Assembly: GCA_038214755.1 (NCBI GenBank)
Contig: JBBQRQ010000039.1
Location: 1-43,611, forward strand
Source of the DNA: Verrucomicrobiota bacterium
Lineage (GTDB): Bacteria; Verrucomicrobiota; Verrucomicrobiia; Limisphaerales; CANJXF01
Reading direction: 5' to 3'
Length of the DNA: 43,611 nucleotides
Shown: piece after piece, positions 1-8,745 of the stretch
Position numbering within the stretch: the first letter of the stretch is position 1
How the letters are laid out: each line of letters starts with the position of its first letter
Position numbers and translations under genes: made by a program
The notes under the pieces: generated by a model
What the model was told of the DNA's origin: nothing
Seen by the model: only the letters and a program-made list of their open reading frames with translations
The model's database searches: none

Positions 1-1001
1 GCGTCGATGTTGGATTCGATCAGCGAGCGGGTATAGAACTGCTGGTCGCGCAGACGCTGATCGAGCTTCTTTTGCTCGGCTTCAACCAGTTTGCGCGCGG
101 TGTTGTCGGTGCCAATCAGCAGATAGCCGATGATGGCCTCCGTCGCGTCGCGCAGCGCCGTGACCGACACTACCGCCGGGAAGCGGCTCCCATCCTTGCG
201 GAAGTAGGTCAGCTCGTAGATGTCCTCGATCCCGCGCGAGGCCTTGAACACCAGGGCTTCGAAACCCGGCGCAATCGGGGTGCCGAGCTCGATGCTGAGC
301 GCTTTGGCGCGCGCGATCACTTCCTGCGGATCGGAAATGTCGGCAGGGGTGATTTGGTTCATCACCTCGGCGGCCGTATAGCCGAGCATCCGCTCGGCGC
401 CGACGTTGAAGATCTGGATGACGCCTTTGGCGTCGGTGGCGATGCTTGAGAAGTTGGCACTGTTGAAAATCGCGCTCTGCAGCGCCCCCGCCCTGAGCAG
501 CGCCTCTTCCGCCAGCTTGCCCGACGTGTTGTCGGTGCCGATCAGCAGGAAGCCGATGATGGCGTCCTGCGCATCGCGCAGCGCCGTGACGGACACTACC
601 GCCGGGAAGCGGCTCCCATCCTTGCGGATGTAGGTCAGCTCGTAGATGTCCTCGATTCCGCGCGAGGCCTTGAACACCAGGGCCTCGAAACCCGGCGCAA
701 TCGGGGTGGCGAGCTCGAGGCTCAACGCGGTGGCGCGCGCGATGACTTCTTCCGGATCCGAGATGTCGGCCGGCGTGATCTTGTTCATGACCTCGGCGGC
801 CGTGTAGCCGAGCATGCGCTCGGCGCCGACGTTGAATATCTGGATGACGCCGTTCGCGTCGGTGGCGATGCTTGAGAAATTGGCGCTATTGAAAATCGCG
901 GCCTGCAAAGCCCCCGCCTCGAGCACAGCCTCTTTGCGTTGTCCTTCGGGGTTAACCTCGACGGTCCCTGCTTCGCTCCCGGGAATAGTTCTTGGTTCCA
1001 T
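1..1001 (-). CDS. Multi-PAS domain sensor protein, probably a histidine kinase (N-terminal part; runs off the window start)
   Basis: Manual minus-strand translation from the ATG at 1001: MEPRTIPG...IFNSANFSSIATDANGVIQIFNVGAERMLGYTAAEV...ELTYIRKDGSRFPAVVSVTALRD...GFLLIGTDNT (PAS+PAC). This unit occurs twice, then a third PAS begins (FYTRSLIESNIDA). It is missing from the ORF track because there is no stop inside the window. Confidence 0.85.
   Translation of the reverse strand, partial: MEPRTIPGSEAGTVEVNPEGQRKEAVLEAGALQAAIFNSANFSSIATDANGVIQIFNVGAERMLGYTAAEVMNKITPADISDPEEVIARATALSLELATPIAPGFEALVFKASRGIEDIYELTYIRKDGSRFPAVVSVTALRDAQDAIIGFLLIGTDNTSGKLAEEALLRAGALQSAIFNSANFSSIATDAKGVIQIFNVGAERMLGYTAAEVMNQITPADISDPQEVIARAKALSIELGTPIAPGFEALVFKASRGIEDIYELTYFRKDGSRFPAVVSVTALRDATEAIIGYLLIGTDNTARKLVEAEQKKLDQRLRDQQFYTRSLIESNID
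100..905. repeat. Intragenic tandem duplication, 426-bp period (two PAS-PAC units)
   Basis: gccgggaagcggctcccatccttgcgga occurs at 175 and 601, and the flanking sequence stays highly similar throughout. Confidence 0.9.
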
Positions 1002-1101
1002 ATTATCCCCTCTAAATTGCGATTGTCTGGTCTGTTTCAACCTCAGCGATCTTTGAGCGTCGGCGACACCTCTATCTTTGACTGTTTTGCTACGCGGCGC
1101 G

Positions 1102-1485
1102 TCATCCGCCCAAGTGATGTTTGAGACACGCGACCACTTCCGAAAGCACGACAGGCTTTGCCAAAAACGGATACCCACCGACGCGTCCGCCACCCGCCTC
1201 GACTTCTCTTTTCGTGACGGCCGACGTCAGAAACACAATCGGCACGGCTTTCAATTTGGGACTGGCCTGGAAACAAACGGCCACCTCGCCGCCGTCCATG
1301 CCCGGCATCACCACATCCAGCAGGATCAAGTGCGGCTGAAATTCCTCCGCCGCGGAAAGCGCGCGCTTGGCGTCATTTTCCTCCCTGACCACGTAATCGT
1401 TGGTCTGTTCGAGGTAAAGTTTCAGCAGCCGTGTATTTTGGGCTTGGTCGTCCACAACCAGGATGCGTTTCTTCTCAGTTTTCAT
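1102..1485 (-). CDS. Single-domain response regulator (receiver)
   Basis: RILVVDD, LILLDVVMPGMDG, PIVFLTS and FLAKP receiver motifs. Confidence 0.93.
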   Translation of the reverse strand: MKTEKKRILVVDDQAQNTRLLKLYLEQTNDYVVREENDAKRALSAAEEFQPHLILLDVVMPGMDGGEVAVCFQASPKLKAVPIVFLTSAVTKREVEAGGGRVGGYPFLAKPVVLSEVVACLKHHLGG

Positions 1486-1527
1486 AGATATAATTTAAAT
1501 GCGCAGGCGGCACCTATCGGCGAGCCA

Positions 1528-1674
1528 GAGAAAGGCTTCCTTGGGACGAAGAGAGTTTTGTCCGAGACGGAAAAGGTTGCCTGGGGAGCGGACAAAACCA
1601 TTTCCAACACGCAAAAAAGTTTCTGCGAAGCGACTAAAACGACTTCCAAAACCGCAAAAACATTCTCTCCGCCA
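1528..1674. repeat. Degenerate 21-bp tandem periodic tract (7 units)
   Basis: Units: gagaaaggcttccttgggacg / aagagagttttgtccgagacg / gaaaaggttgcctggggagcg / gacaaaaccatttccaacacg / caaaaaagtttctgcgaagcg / actaaaacgacttccaaaacc / gcaaaaacattctctccgcca. Confidence 0.7.
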
Positions 1675-1843
1675 ACTAGACAAGCATACGAAGCCTGAAT
1701 AGTGCTGGTATTTTCCAATCCACCTTGCATGGAAACAGATTTTAGAGGATCGCGCAAACCACGCAAGAAGTATTGTCAAACGAAACCGAAGTCACGGCAG
1801 TGTCTCAGTTTGGCGTGTCATTCCGAAACGAGTTATCGGACAC

Positions 1844-2220
1844 GACATCGCACTGCCCGCGGAGGGCGTCTTCCACAACCTCATCTTCGTGAGCATCCGC
1901 AAGACCTACCCGATGCAAGCCTACAAAGTTCTTGCGGAGGCCACCAATGCACGGCCTCTGGGGAATGGGGGAGATGATCCCGCGACTGCGGGACCAAATA
2001 CCTCATCGTGGTGGACGACGATGTGGACGTTCACAACACCAGCGACGTCCTCTTCCGCCTCTGCGCCAACACCGACCCGCAACGCGACAGCCTCTTCACC
2101 AAAGGCCCGTCCGACGTGCTCGACCACGCGACCCGCGAAATCGCCAGCGGCAGCAAACTCGGCATCGACGCGACGAAGAAACTTCCCGGCGAAGGCTTCA
2201 AACGCCCTTGGCCTACGCTC
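1844..2220 (+). pseudogene. ubiD: C-terminal fragment of a UbiD-family (menaquinone/futalosine-type) decarboxylase with two frameshifting insertions
   Basis: Reads DIALPAEGVFHNLIFVSIRKTYPMQAYKV / MHGLWGMGEM / TKYLIVVDDDVDVHNTSDVLFRLCANTDPQRD...DVLDHA...GSKLGIDATKKLPGEGFKRPWP across shifting frames. The 5' two-thirds of the gene is absent. Confidence 0.85.
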
Positions 2221-2343
2221 GAGTGTGAGTGGCGTCGACCCGTTCACCGGCTTCGAGTCGATATTTTAAGGTGGCAATAATCCTCGACTGAATCCATCGA
2301 GGTGGCTTACCGTGGTGCAGGATCCAATCTGCGGAAGGAACCC

Positions 2344-3525
2344 ATGAAACTTTCAATCAAACTTCTCACCATTACGCTCATCGCGGCCGGCCAGCTGGCA
2401 CAAACAGCTTCTGCGCTCATCATCGTGGAAACGGTGCGGGTTGGCGACGCCGGGAATGCCGCCGATACAAACTACTTCAACCAAGGCGCGTTTGGCGCGG
2501 TGGGTTACGACTACTTCATTGGCCAGTATGAGGTGACTCTCGATCAATACACCGCGTTCCTTAATGCCGTGGGCGCAACGGACACCTACGGGCTCTACCA
2601 CTTAGGCATGGGAACCAACACTAGCATTCGTGGCATCTCGCGCAGCGGGGTGTCGGGCAGCTTTTCCTACTCCGTGATTGGAAGTGGTAACCGTCCGGTA
2701 ACGTATGTGAGTTGGTATGATGCGGCGCGGTTTGTGAACTGGCTGCACAACGGGCAGCCGTCCGGGTTGCAAGCAGCAGGCACCACGGAGACCGGAGCTT
2801 ACAGCCTGACGGGAAATACCGGTCTAATCCCACGGAATACGAACTGGATGTACGGACTGCCCAGTCAGGACGAGTGGTATAAGGCGGCGTATTACCAACC
2901 TGCCGCTCAAGGCGGCGACACTGACAGTTACTGGTTTTATCCCGCCCAAAGTAACGCGACACCCAATAGTCGAAATGGCAGCGGAAGCGACTCGAACAGC
3001 GCGAACTTTTATCAGAATGATAGCATCACCAATGGATACAACGGTGGGTTTGCGGTGAACAACGCGACGACTTTACCCGTGGGCAGTGTCCTAACGGACG
3101 CTGGAGCCTTTAATGTGGCCGACAGTTTTTACGGCACATTTGATCAAGGTGGCAATGTCTGGGAATGGAATAACGCAGTGGTGTTTGGGGCGGGGCGCGG
3201 AAAGCGCGGCGGGTCGTGGGCCAGCTTCGAGAGTAATCTGAGCGCGTCCGATCTGGCCGGCAACGCCCCGACCGAAGAGAATCAAGTTTTGGGTTTTCGT
3301 GTCGCAATGCGTGCAGAGGCGCGCCCCGTGTTGAGCCTTGCACGTTCCGGCAACACGCTGACTTTCTCCTGGACCGGGAACTTCAAACTGCAAGCACAGA
3401 CGAACAGTTTGACCTCTGGCATCAGCACGAATTGGTCGGACTATCCACTTGGTTCAAACAGCCCCGTCAATCTCGACATCCATACTACGAACCCAGCTGT
3501 TTTCTTTCGTCTATCCTCGCCGTAA
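2344..3525 (+). CDS. Secreted FGE-sulfatase (SUMF1/EgtB/PvdO-like, C-lectin fold) domain protein with a C-terminal verrucomicrobial 'FFRL' domain
   Basis: Signal peptide MKLSIKLL...ASA. Motifs IGQYEVT, RPVTYVSWYDAARFVNWL, LPSQDEWYKAAY, FDQGGNVWEW, RGGSW and LGFRVA. The tail ends ...PAVFFRLSSP. Start moved to the ATG at 2344. Confidence 0.88.
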   Translation: MKLSIKLLTITLIAAGQLAQTASALIIVETVRVGDAGNAADTNYFNQGAFGAVGYDYFIGQYEVTLDQYTAFLNAVGATDTYGLYHLGMGTNTSIRGISRSGVSGSFSYSVIGSGNRPVTYVSWYDAARFVNWLHNGQPSGLQAAGTTETGAYSLTGNTGLIPRNTNWMYGLPSQDEWYKAAYYQPAAQGGDTDSYWFYPAQSNATPNSRNGSGSDSNSANFYQNDSITNGYNGGFAVNNATTLPVGSVLTDAGAFNVADSFYGTFDQGGNVWEWNNAVVFGAGRGKRGGSWASFESNLSASDLAGNAPTEENQVLGFRVAMRAEARPVLSLARSGNTLTFSWTGNFKLQAQTNSLTSGISTNWSDYPLGSNSPVNLDIHTTNPAVFFRLSSP

Positions 3526-3603
3526 TAAATGTCACGAACCTGTGAGGCAGCGGGACTGCACCATTGCCACTCGCTCTCTCCGCCGTCTCCAACTCCTACG
3601 AAC

Positions 3604-3652
3604 AGCCTTCCTCGTCGGTGGCGTGAAAGACCACGTGCATCTGCTCGCCCCG
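3604..3652 (+). mobile_element. Short remnant of an IS200/IS605-family (Y1 HUH) transposase
   Basis: Translates AFLVGGVKDHVHLLA, matching the GG..DHVH(L/I)L HUH motif of TnpA. Nothing else of the gene remains. Confidence 0.55.
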
Positions 3653-3789
3653 TGAGATAACGGTCCTATCATTGCCTCCGCCGTCAGCCGCAACTATCCC
3701 ACGGGGCGCGTCGAAGCGGCCAAAGTAATTCGTGAATCTTTATTTGAATGGTTGCCGGATGTGCGCCACAATTTTATCAACTTAATGCA

Positions 3790-4011
3790 ATGAAAAAAAC
3801 ATTTCCCAGACTCAAACCGCTCTCTCCGGCAGCACTCGCTCGCTTCGAAGAAATTGAATACGAGTTTCATGTCCGCGCTTTCGGCGAAGAAATGGCGCGG
3901 GTAAATTTTTTACCGCTGAATGAGCGTAAAAAGTATGTCGCTGAGATGTTTGATCATGCGGTCAGCAAAGGGGTGAAATTCGAGAAACCAGCGTTGGGAG
4001 TGACGCCATGA
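3790..4011 (+). CDS. Small hypothetical protein (73 aa), paralogue of the next gene
   Basis: ATG at 3790 after a TTGCCG-17-TATCAA promoter-like site. Shares H.R.FG.E.ARVN...ER.KY...M...GVK.E with 4008..4244, which it overlaps by ATGA. Confidence 0.7.
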   Translation: MKKTFPRLKPLSPAALARFEEIEYEFHVRAFGEEMARVNFLPLNERKKYVAEMFDHAVSKGVKFEKPALGVTP

Positions 4012-4244
4012 GAGCGCCATTGAAATTATCTCCGCCGCGTTCCCGCGACGAACGAGACCGCCTGCGCGAAATGCAGCGCCCAATGCACATCCGCTTCTTC
4101 GGCGATGAACTGGCGCGGGTAAATCTCGATAGGACAAAATTGGAACGGATGAAATATCTCGAATGGATGCGCCAGCTCGGTCGCAAACATGGCGTGAAAC
4201 CGGAGAACAAATTTCCTTACGACGGCTCACTCGGAAAAGAATGA
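4008..4244 (+). CDS. Small hypothetical protein (78 aa), paralogue of the previous gene
   Basis: ATGA overlaps on both sides (4008 and 4241) and the shared motif [13 protein letters not shown]...ERMKY. Confidence 0.72.
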   Translation: MRAPLKLSPPRSRDERDRLREMQRPMHIRFFGDELARVNLDRTKLERMKYLEWMRQLGRKHGVKPENKFPYDGSLGKE

Positions 4245-5686
4245 ACCTTCCAAAACAAATCCATTTTCTGGAAGAACAGAAAAAAGCCATCACGCGTCGC
4301 TGGTTCTTCAAGCAATGCGGCGTCGGCGTTGGCGCGGTGGCGCTGAATTCTCTGCTCGCGGAAAGTTTGTTTGGGAAATCCGCGCCGCCCTCTCTCGCGA
4401 ATCCGCTTTCGCCCAAGGCGGCGCAGATCGCGCCGAAGGCCAGGCGCGTCATTTATCTTTTCATGGCAGGCGCGCCGAGCCATTTGGATTTGTTCGATTA
4501 CAAACCGGAACTCGCCAAGTGGAATGGAAAACTTCCGCCCGCCGATTTGTTGAAAGGCTATCGCGCGGCGTTCATCAATCCTTCGTCTAAATTGCTCGGG
4601 CCAAAATTTAAGTTTTCAAAGTATGGAAAATCCGGCGCGGAACTTTCAGAGCTTTTGCCGCGCCTTGCCGAAGTCGTGGACGACATCGCGATTGTGAAGT
4701 CAATGCACACCGATGCTTTCAATCACGCGCCCGCGCAAATTTTTATGAACACCGGCTCGCAACAATTCGGCCGTCCCAGTTTTGGCGCTTGGACCACTTA
4801 CGGTCTCGGCAGCGAATCGCAGAATCTTCCTTCGTATGTCGTGTTCAGTTCCGGCAGCAAAGGCACCAGCGGCGGTTCGTCGAATTGGGGCTGTGGTTTT
4901 TTGCCGTCGTTGTATCAAGGCGTTTTATTTCGCAATCAAGGCGAGCCGATTCTTTATCTCTCAAATCCAAAAGGCGTTGATGCCGAGATGCAACGCGATT
5001 CGCTCAACTCGATCAAATCGCTCAATCAAAAACATCTCGATGTCGTCGGCGATCCTGAAATCACGACCCGCATCAACTCGTTTGAAATGGCGTATCGCAT
5101 GCAAACGAGCGCGCCCGAATTGATGGATATTTCCCAGGAATCTAAAGCGACGCTGGAAATGTATGGCGCGGAGCCGGGCAAAAGTTCTTTCGCAAATAAT
5201 TGTTTGCTCGCGCGGCGGCTCGTCGAACGCGGCGTTCGTTTCGTGCAACTTTTCCACGAAGCGTGGGACCAACACGGCAATCTCGTAAAAGATTTGCAAA
5301 AGAATTGTCGCGACACCGATCAAGCCTGCGCCGCGCTGATCAAAGATTTGAAACAACGCGGAATGTTGGAAGACACTCTCGTGATCTGGGGCGGAGAATT
5401 TGGTCGTACGCCGATGGTGCAAGGCGGCGACGACGGGCGCGATCACCATCCGAACGCATTCACGATGTGGCTGGCTGGTGGAGGGATTAAACCTGGAATC
5501 ACGCACGGCGAGAGCGACGAATTTGGTTTCAACGCTGCGCGCGACAAAGTTCACGTTCACGATTTGCACGCCACACTTTTGCAACTGCTGGGTTTCGACC
5601 ACACGAAGTTAACCTATCGTTTTCAAGGCCGCGATTTTCGCCTGACCGATGTTAGCGGCGAAGTAGTGGAAAAATTACTGGCTTGA
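4241..5686 (+). CDS. DUF1501 domain protein (Tat-exported, sulfatase/alkaline-phosphatase-like fold)
   Basis: Tat signal ITRRWFF. Motifs [58 protein letters not shown] and RDFRLTDV. Confidence 0.92.
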   Translation: MNLPKQIHFLEEQKKAITRRWFFKQCGVGVGAVALNSLLAESLFGKSAPPSLANPLSPKAAQIAPKARRVIYLFMAGAPSHLDLFDYKPELAKWNGKLPPADLLKGYRAAFINPSSKLLGPKFKFSKYGKSGAELSELLPRLAEVVDDIAIVKSMHTDAFNHAPAQIFMNTGSQQFGRPSFGAWTTYGLGSESQNLPSYVVFSSGSKGTSGGSSNWGCGFLPSLYQGVLFRNQGEPILYLSNPKGVDAEMQRDSLNSIKSLNQKHLDVVGDPEITTRINSFEMAYRMQTSAPELMDISQESKATLEMYGAEPGKSSFANNCLLARRLVERGVRFVQLFHEAWDQHGNLVKDLQKNCRDTDQACAALIKDLKQRGMLEDTLVIWGGEFGRTPMVQGGDDGRDHHPNAFTMWLAGGGIKPGITHGESDEFGFNAARDKVHVHDLHATLLQLLGFDHTKLTYRFQGRDFRLTDVSGEVVEKLLA

Positions 5687-5721
5687 TTGAGGGGTCCAGC
5701 CGTTTTGAAAACCTCCTGCTA

Positions 5722-5935
5722 ACCCGAATTCCGAAATAGCGGCGGCAAAGCCGCCGGGTAGCACAGGCGACCCGCCTGTGCCGAGCGGCGACTCGCCGCT
5801 CGGAATGGGAGCAACACACGAGTTTTTCTGGACCTCTGTTTTCCAAGTGCCGGCCTCCCCCCATTCCGTCCGACCAGTGGCCGGACGGCACGGGCCAGTG
5901 CCGCGTGCTACCCATTCCAACTTCGGAATTCGGGC
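5722..5935. mobile_element. MITE-like palindromic element (~214 bp)
   Basis: Terminal inverted repeat cccgaattccgaa / ttcggaattcggg, with TA (gctaa) on both flanks. Nested hairpins inside: gggtagcac...gtgctaccc and ccgagcggcga-c-tcgccgctcgg. Confidence 0.75.
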
Positions 5936-6035
5936 TAATGGACCCTTCCATCCCGCAAAAATTCTTTACCTTCTCCGCCGCCTTCTTCACGCTCCGCCGC
6001 GCAACCACTTCAAAACCCAACTCAAAAAAACGACT

Positions 6036-6779
6036 ATGACATGGTACTACGAACAAGCGGGTGAACAACGCGGGCCTGTCACCGACCCCGATTTGGAAAA
6101 TCTTTTTCGCGCTGGAACGATCCGTCCTGAGACGATGATCTGGCGCGAGGGAATGGAAAATTGGACGCCGTATTCACAGGCCAAAAATGTTGCCAGCGCG
6201 TCGGCCGTCACGGCGGGCGCGGGTCCTGGAAAAATTTTGTGCGCCGAATGTGGCAAACCTTTTTCACCCGACGAAATGATCAAATTTGGCGATCGTTATG
6301 TCTGCGCCGTTTGCAAACCGATCTTCGTCCAGAAATTAAAAGAAGGCGCGGCGCTGACGGGCGCGATGGAGTATGCGGGTTTCCTGCTTCGGTTCGGCGC
6401 GAAGTTTGTCGATGGGATCATCCTGCAAATTGGAAATTTTGCGATCAACCTGACGATGGGAATGTTGTTGAGAAAATTCGATCCAAACATGGTCCCGCTC
6501 CTAATTCTACCCATCACCCTGACGCTCAATGCCGTTTACTCCATTTTCTTTATCGGGAAATTCGGGGCGACTCCCGGTAAAATGGCGGCCAAAATTCGCG
6601 TCGTAAATGCCGACGGCAGCAAAGTGAGTTACGGCAAAGCGTGCGCCCGATTCTTTGCGGAGTTTCTCAGCGCGCTCACTCTGATGATCGGTTACATCAT
6701 GGCCGCGTTCGACGACGAGAAGCGCGCTTTGCATGACCGCATTTGCCACACGCGCGTCATTAAAATTCCTCCGCGCTGA
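6036..6779 (+). CDS. GYF_2 (DUF4339) + zinc ribbon + RDD family membrane protein
   Basis: WYYEQAGEQRGP...IWREGMENW (GYF_2), CAECGK...CAVCK (Zn), and YAGFLLRFGAKFVD...ATPGKMA...KRALHDRICHTRV (RDD). The upstream ORF extension is the MITE. Confidence 0.88.
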   Translation: MTWYYEQAGEQRGPVTDPDLENLFRAGTIRPETMIWREGMENWTPYSQAKNVASASAVTAGAGPGKILCAECGKPFSPDEMIKFGDRYVCAVCKPIFVQKLKEGAALTGAMEYAGFLLRFGAKFVDGIILQIGNFAINLTMGMLLRKFDPNMVPLLILPITLTLNAVYSIFFIGKFGATPGKMAAKIRVVNADGSKVSYGKACARFFAEFLSALTLMIGYIMAAFDDEKRALHDRICHTRVIKIPPR

Positions 6780-7351
6780 TGCATTTGTCCCTCGTCACCT
6801 GCTCGAAATGCCGGGCGATTCTTCCGGCGGAACAATTCAATGTTGAACAATTTGTTCCGTGCCCGTCTTGCGCGTCGGCCATTTCCGCTGTCGTATTTCC
6901 GGCATTGTTTCGCGAGCAAACCGTGATGCCAGCGGAGCCTCTCATCATCGAGGGCGAGGCGAGTTGCTTTTATCATCCGCAAAAAAAAGCCGCTATCCCG
7001 TGTGAAAGTTGCGGACGATTTCTCTGCGCGCTCTGCGACGTGGAATTGAACGGACAACATTTGTGTCCCGCCTGTTTGGAATCCGGCAAAAAAAAGGGGA
7101 AACTGAAATCGCTGGAAAACCAGCGCGTTCTTTACGATCGCATCGCCCTCGCGGCCGCAGTGCTGCCGCTCCTGTTGGTCTGGACCTCGATCATTGGCGC
7201 GCCCCTCGCGTTGTATCTCGCCCTCCGCCATTGGAAAGAACCGTGCAGCATTCTCGGCCGATCGAAAGCGCGATTCGTCATCGCCATCGTTCTGAGCATT
7301 TTGCAAATCATCGGATGGATCGCCGTTCTGATTTATTTTGTGACAAAGTAA
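6779..7351 (+). CDS. Zn-ribbon + B-box-like zinc finger membrane protein
   Basis: CSKC...CPSC, then CFYHPQKKAAIPCESCGRFLCALC...LCPAC, then C-terminal TM helices. Stop/start overlaps with both neighbours. Confidence 0.82.
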   Translation: MHLSLVTCSKCRAILPAEQFNVEQFVPCPSCASAISAVVFPALFREQTVMPAEPLIIEGEASCFYHPQKKAAIPCESCGRFLCALCDVELNGQHLCPACLESGKKKGKLKSLENQRVLYDRIALAAAVLPLLLVWTSIIGAPLALYLALRHWKEPCSILGRSKARFVIAIVLSILQIIGWIAVLIYFVTK

Positions 7352-8403
7352 TGGCCAAAAATAAAGAGTACCGAAAATTGCCCGGGCGCGGCGGCGTGCG
7401 CAAGAGTTGCAGGGTCTGGCTCGCGGCGGATCATCTCCTGATGATTTTTTCCACGATGTTCAATCAGGAGTTTAAACGATTTTATCTGCGCGATATTCAG
7501 GCGATCACTGTTCGGAAAACAAATACGGCGTTCATCTGGACGGGCGCCTGCCTGACTTTCGCGGGGTTCTTCGTTCTCCTTTCTTTCGGCCTGAAAGACA
7601 CGGTCGGCGTGTGGGTTTTGCGCAGCATCGCAGGATTTTTTTTATTATGCGCGGCGCTCAACGCCATCGGTGGTGGAAGTTGCATTGCCGAAATAAAAAC
7701 CGCCGTTTCAACCGAAGAACTCTCCTCGCTCAAACGTCTGCGTCACGCGCGAAAAACTCTCGCCATTTTGCGTCCGCTCATCGACGAGGCGCAGGGAAAA
7801 ATGACGAGCGAACAACTCGTTTCCGAAACGAGCGCGGCGTGGCAAAGGGCGAATCAGAATCCACTCGCCCCATCGATTGTCTCCACTGCGCAATTCCCCG
7901 CCGCGCCATTGAAATCCTGTTCCGGGCGCGTTCATCAATCGGTTTTCTTTTTGCTCCTGATCAGCGGAACTCTCGCCGCCCTGCTCATCTATTTTCATCC
8001 GGTGGTTCTCATTGTCCTTGCTTCGCTTTTTGATTTGGCCCTCGCCGCCGTCGCCATCACTGCTTTGATTCAACAGCAGGGAAGCGACGTGACCCCCGGA
8101 CTTCGTCGTCTCACCTGGATTGCGGGCGGCTACATCGGTCTCTCCTATTTGGTTTCAATCGCTGTCGGTTTTGGTCTCGCCATCGCCGAGCCAACCAACA
8201 ACAACCAGTGGAAGATGCTCGAACGCATTGCCGAATTTAATCCGCTGGAAACTCCGTGGCTGCTCGCCCTTCTCATTTTCAATCTCATCTGCTCCCTCGG
8301 CCTGGGCATCATTGGAATTAATTTAAACAAAAAATTTCGCGACCAAAAAAAAGCGGCAGTACCGCCCCCGCCGCTGCCAGTCATTCCGGCCACGCCTCAC
8401 TGA
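7351..8403 (+). CDS. Hypothetical multi-pass membrane protein
   Basis: ATG overlaps the upstream TAA. About 6 hydrophobic segments and a Pro-rich C-terminus (VPPPPLPVIP). Confidence 0.8.
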   Translation: MAKNKEYRKLPGRGGVRKSCRVWLAADHLLMIFSTMFNQEFKRFYLRDIQAITVRKTNTAFIWTGACLTFAGFFVLLSFGLKDTVGVWVLRSIAGFFLLCAALNAIGGGSCIAEIKTAVSTEELSSLKRLRHARKTLAILRPLIDEAQGKMTSEQLVSETSAAWQRANQNPLAPSIVSTAQFPAAPLKSCSGRVHQSVFFLLLISGTLAALLIYFHPVVLIVLASLFDLALAAVAITALIQQQGSDVTPGLRRLTWIAGGYIGLSYLVSIAVGFGLAIAEPTNNNQWKMLERIAEFNPLETPWLLALLIFNLICSLGLGIIGINLNKKFRDQKKAAVPPPPLPVIPATPH

Positions 8404-8406
8404 CCG

Positions 8407-8730
8407 ATGCAAACCCTCGCCCAACAATCCTGCCTCAATCATCCGGCGCGCGAAGCGGTCGCGCGTTGCCCGGCGTGCGAATTTTTTTTCTGTCGCGAGT
8501 GCATTACCGAGCACGATGACCGCGTCCTTTGCGCCGGTTGCCTGCGCAAGCTGGTCAAAGATTCCGCCACCCGAAAAAATCCCGCGCTCATCCTGCGCCA
8601 AATTATTTTCAGTCTCGCCGGAGTTCTGACCGCGTGGCTTTTCTTTTATTGGATTGGGCAAGGCTTGCTCGCCATTCCCACTTCCTTTCACGATGGCACC
8701 CTCTGGAAAACCGGTTTCTGGAACGAATAA
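8407..8730 (+). CDS. Small B-box-like zinc finger membrane protein
   Basis: CLNHPAREAVARCPACEFFFCREC...LCAGC followed by one TM helix. Confidence 0.82.
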   Translation: MQTLAQQSCLNHPAREAVARCPACEFFFCRECITEHDDRVLCAGCLRKLVKDSATRKNPALILRQIIFSLAGVLTAWLFFYWIGQGLLAIPTSFHDGTLWKTGFWNE

Positions 8731-8745
8731 TTTTCCAACTATAAA

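Noticed and set aside
72..1056. Plus-strand ORFs 72..449, 406..633 and 814..1056 that resemble each other
   Set aside because: Their similarity simply mirrors the duplicated PAS units encoded on the minus strand.
2344..3525. FGE-sulfatase/C-lectin gene as a diversity-generating retroelement target
   Set aside because: No reverse transcriptase, and no second copy of its 3' region differing at adenines, was seen in the window.
5778..6035. N-terminal extensions given by the ORF track (also 4163, 7009, 13292, 15995, 30685, 35788, 43111)
   Set aside because: They run through repeats, intergenic DNA or the upstream gene. Downstream ATGs match the domain starts or stop/start overlaps.
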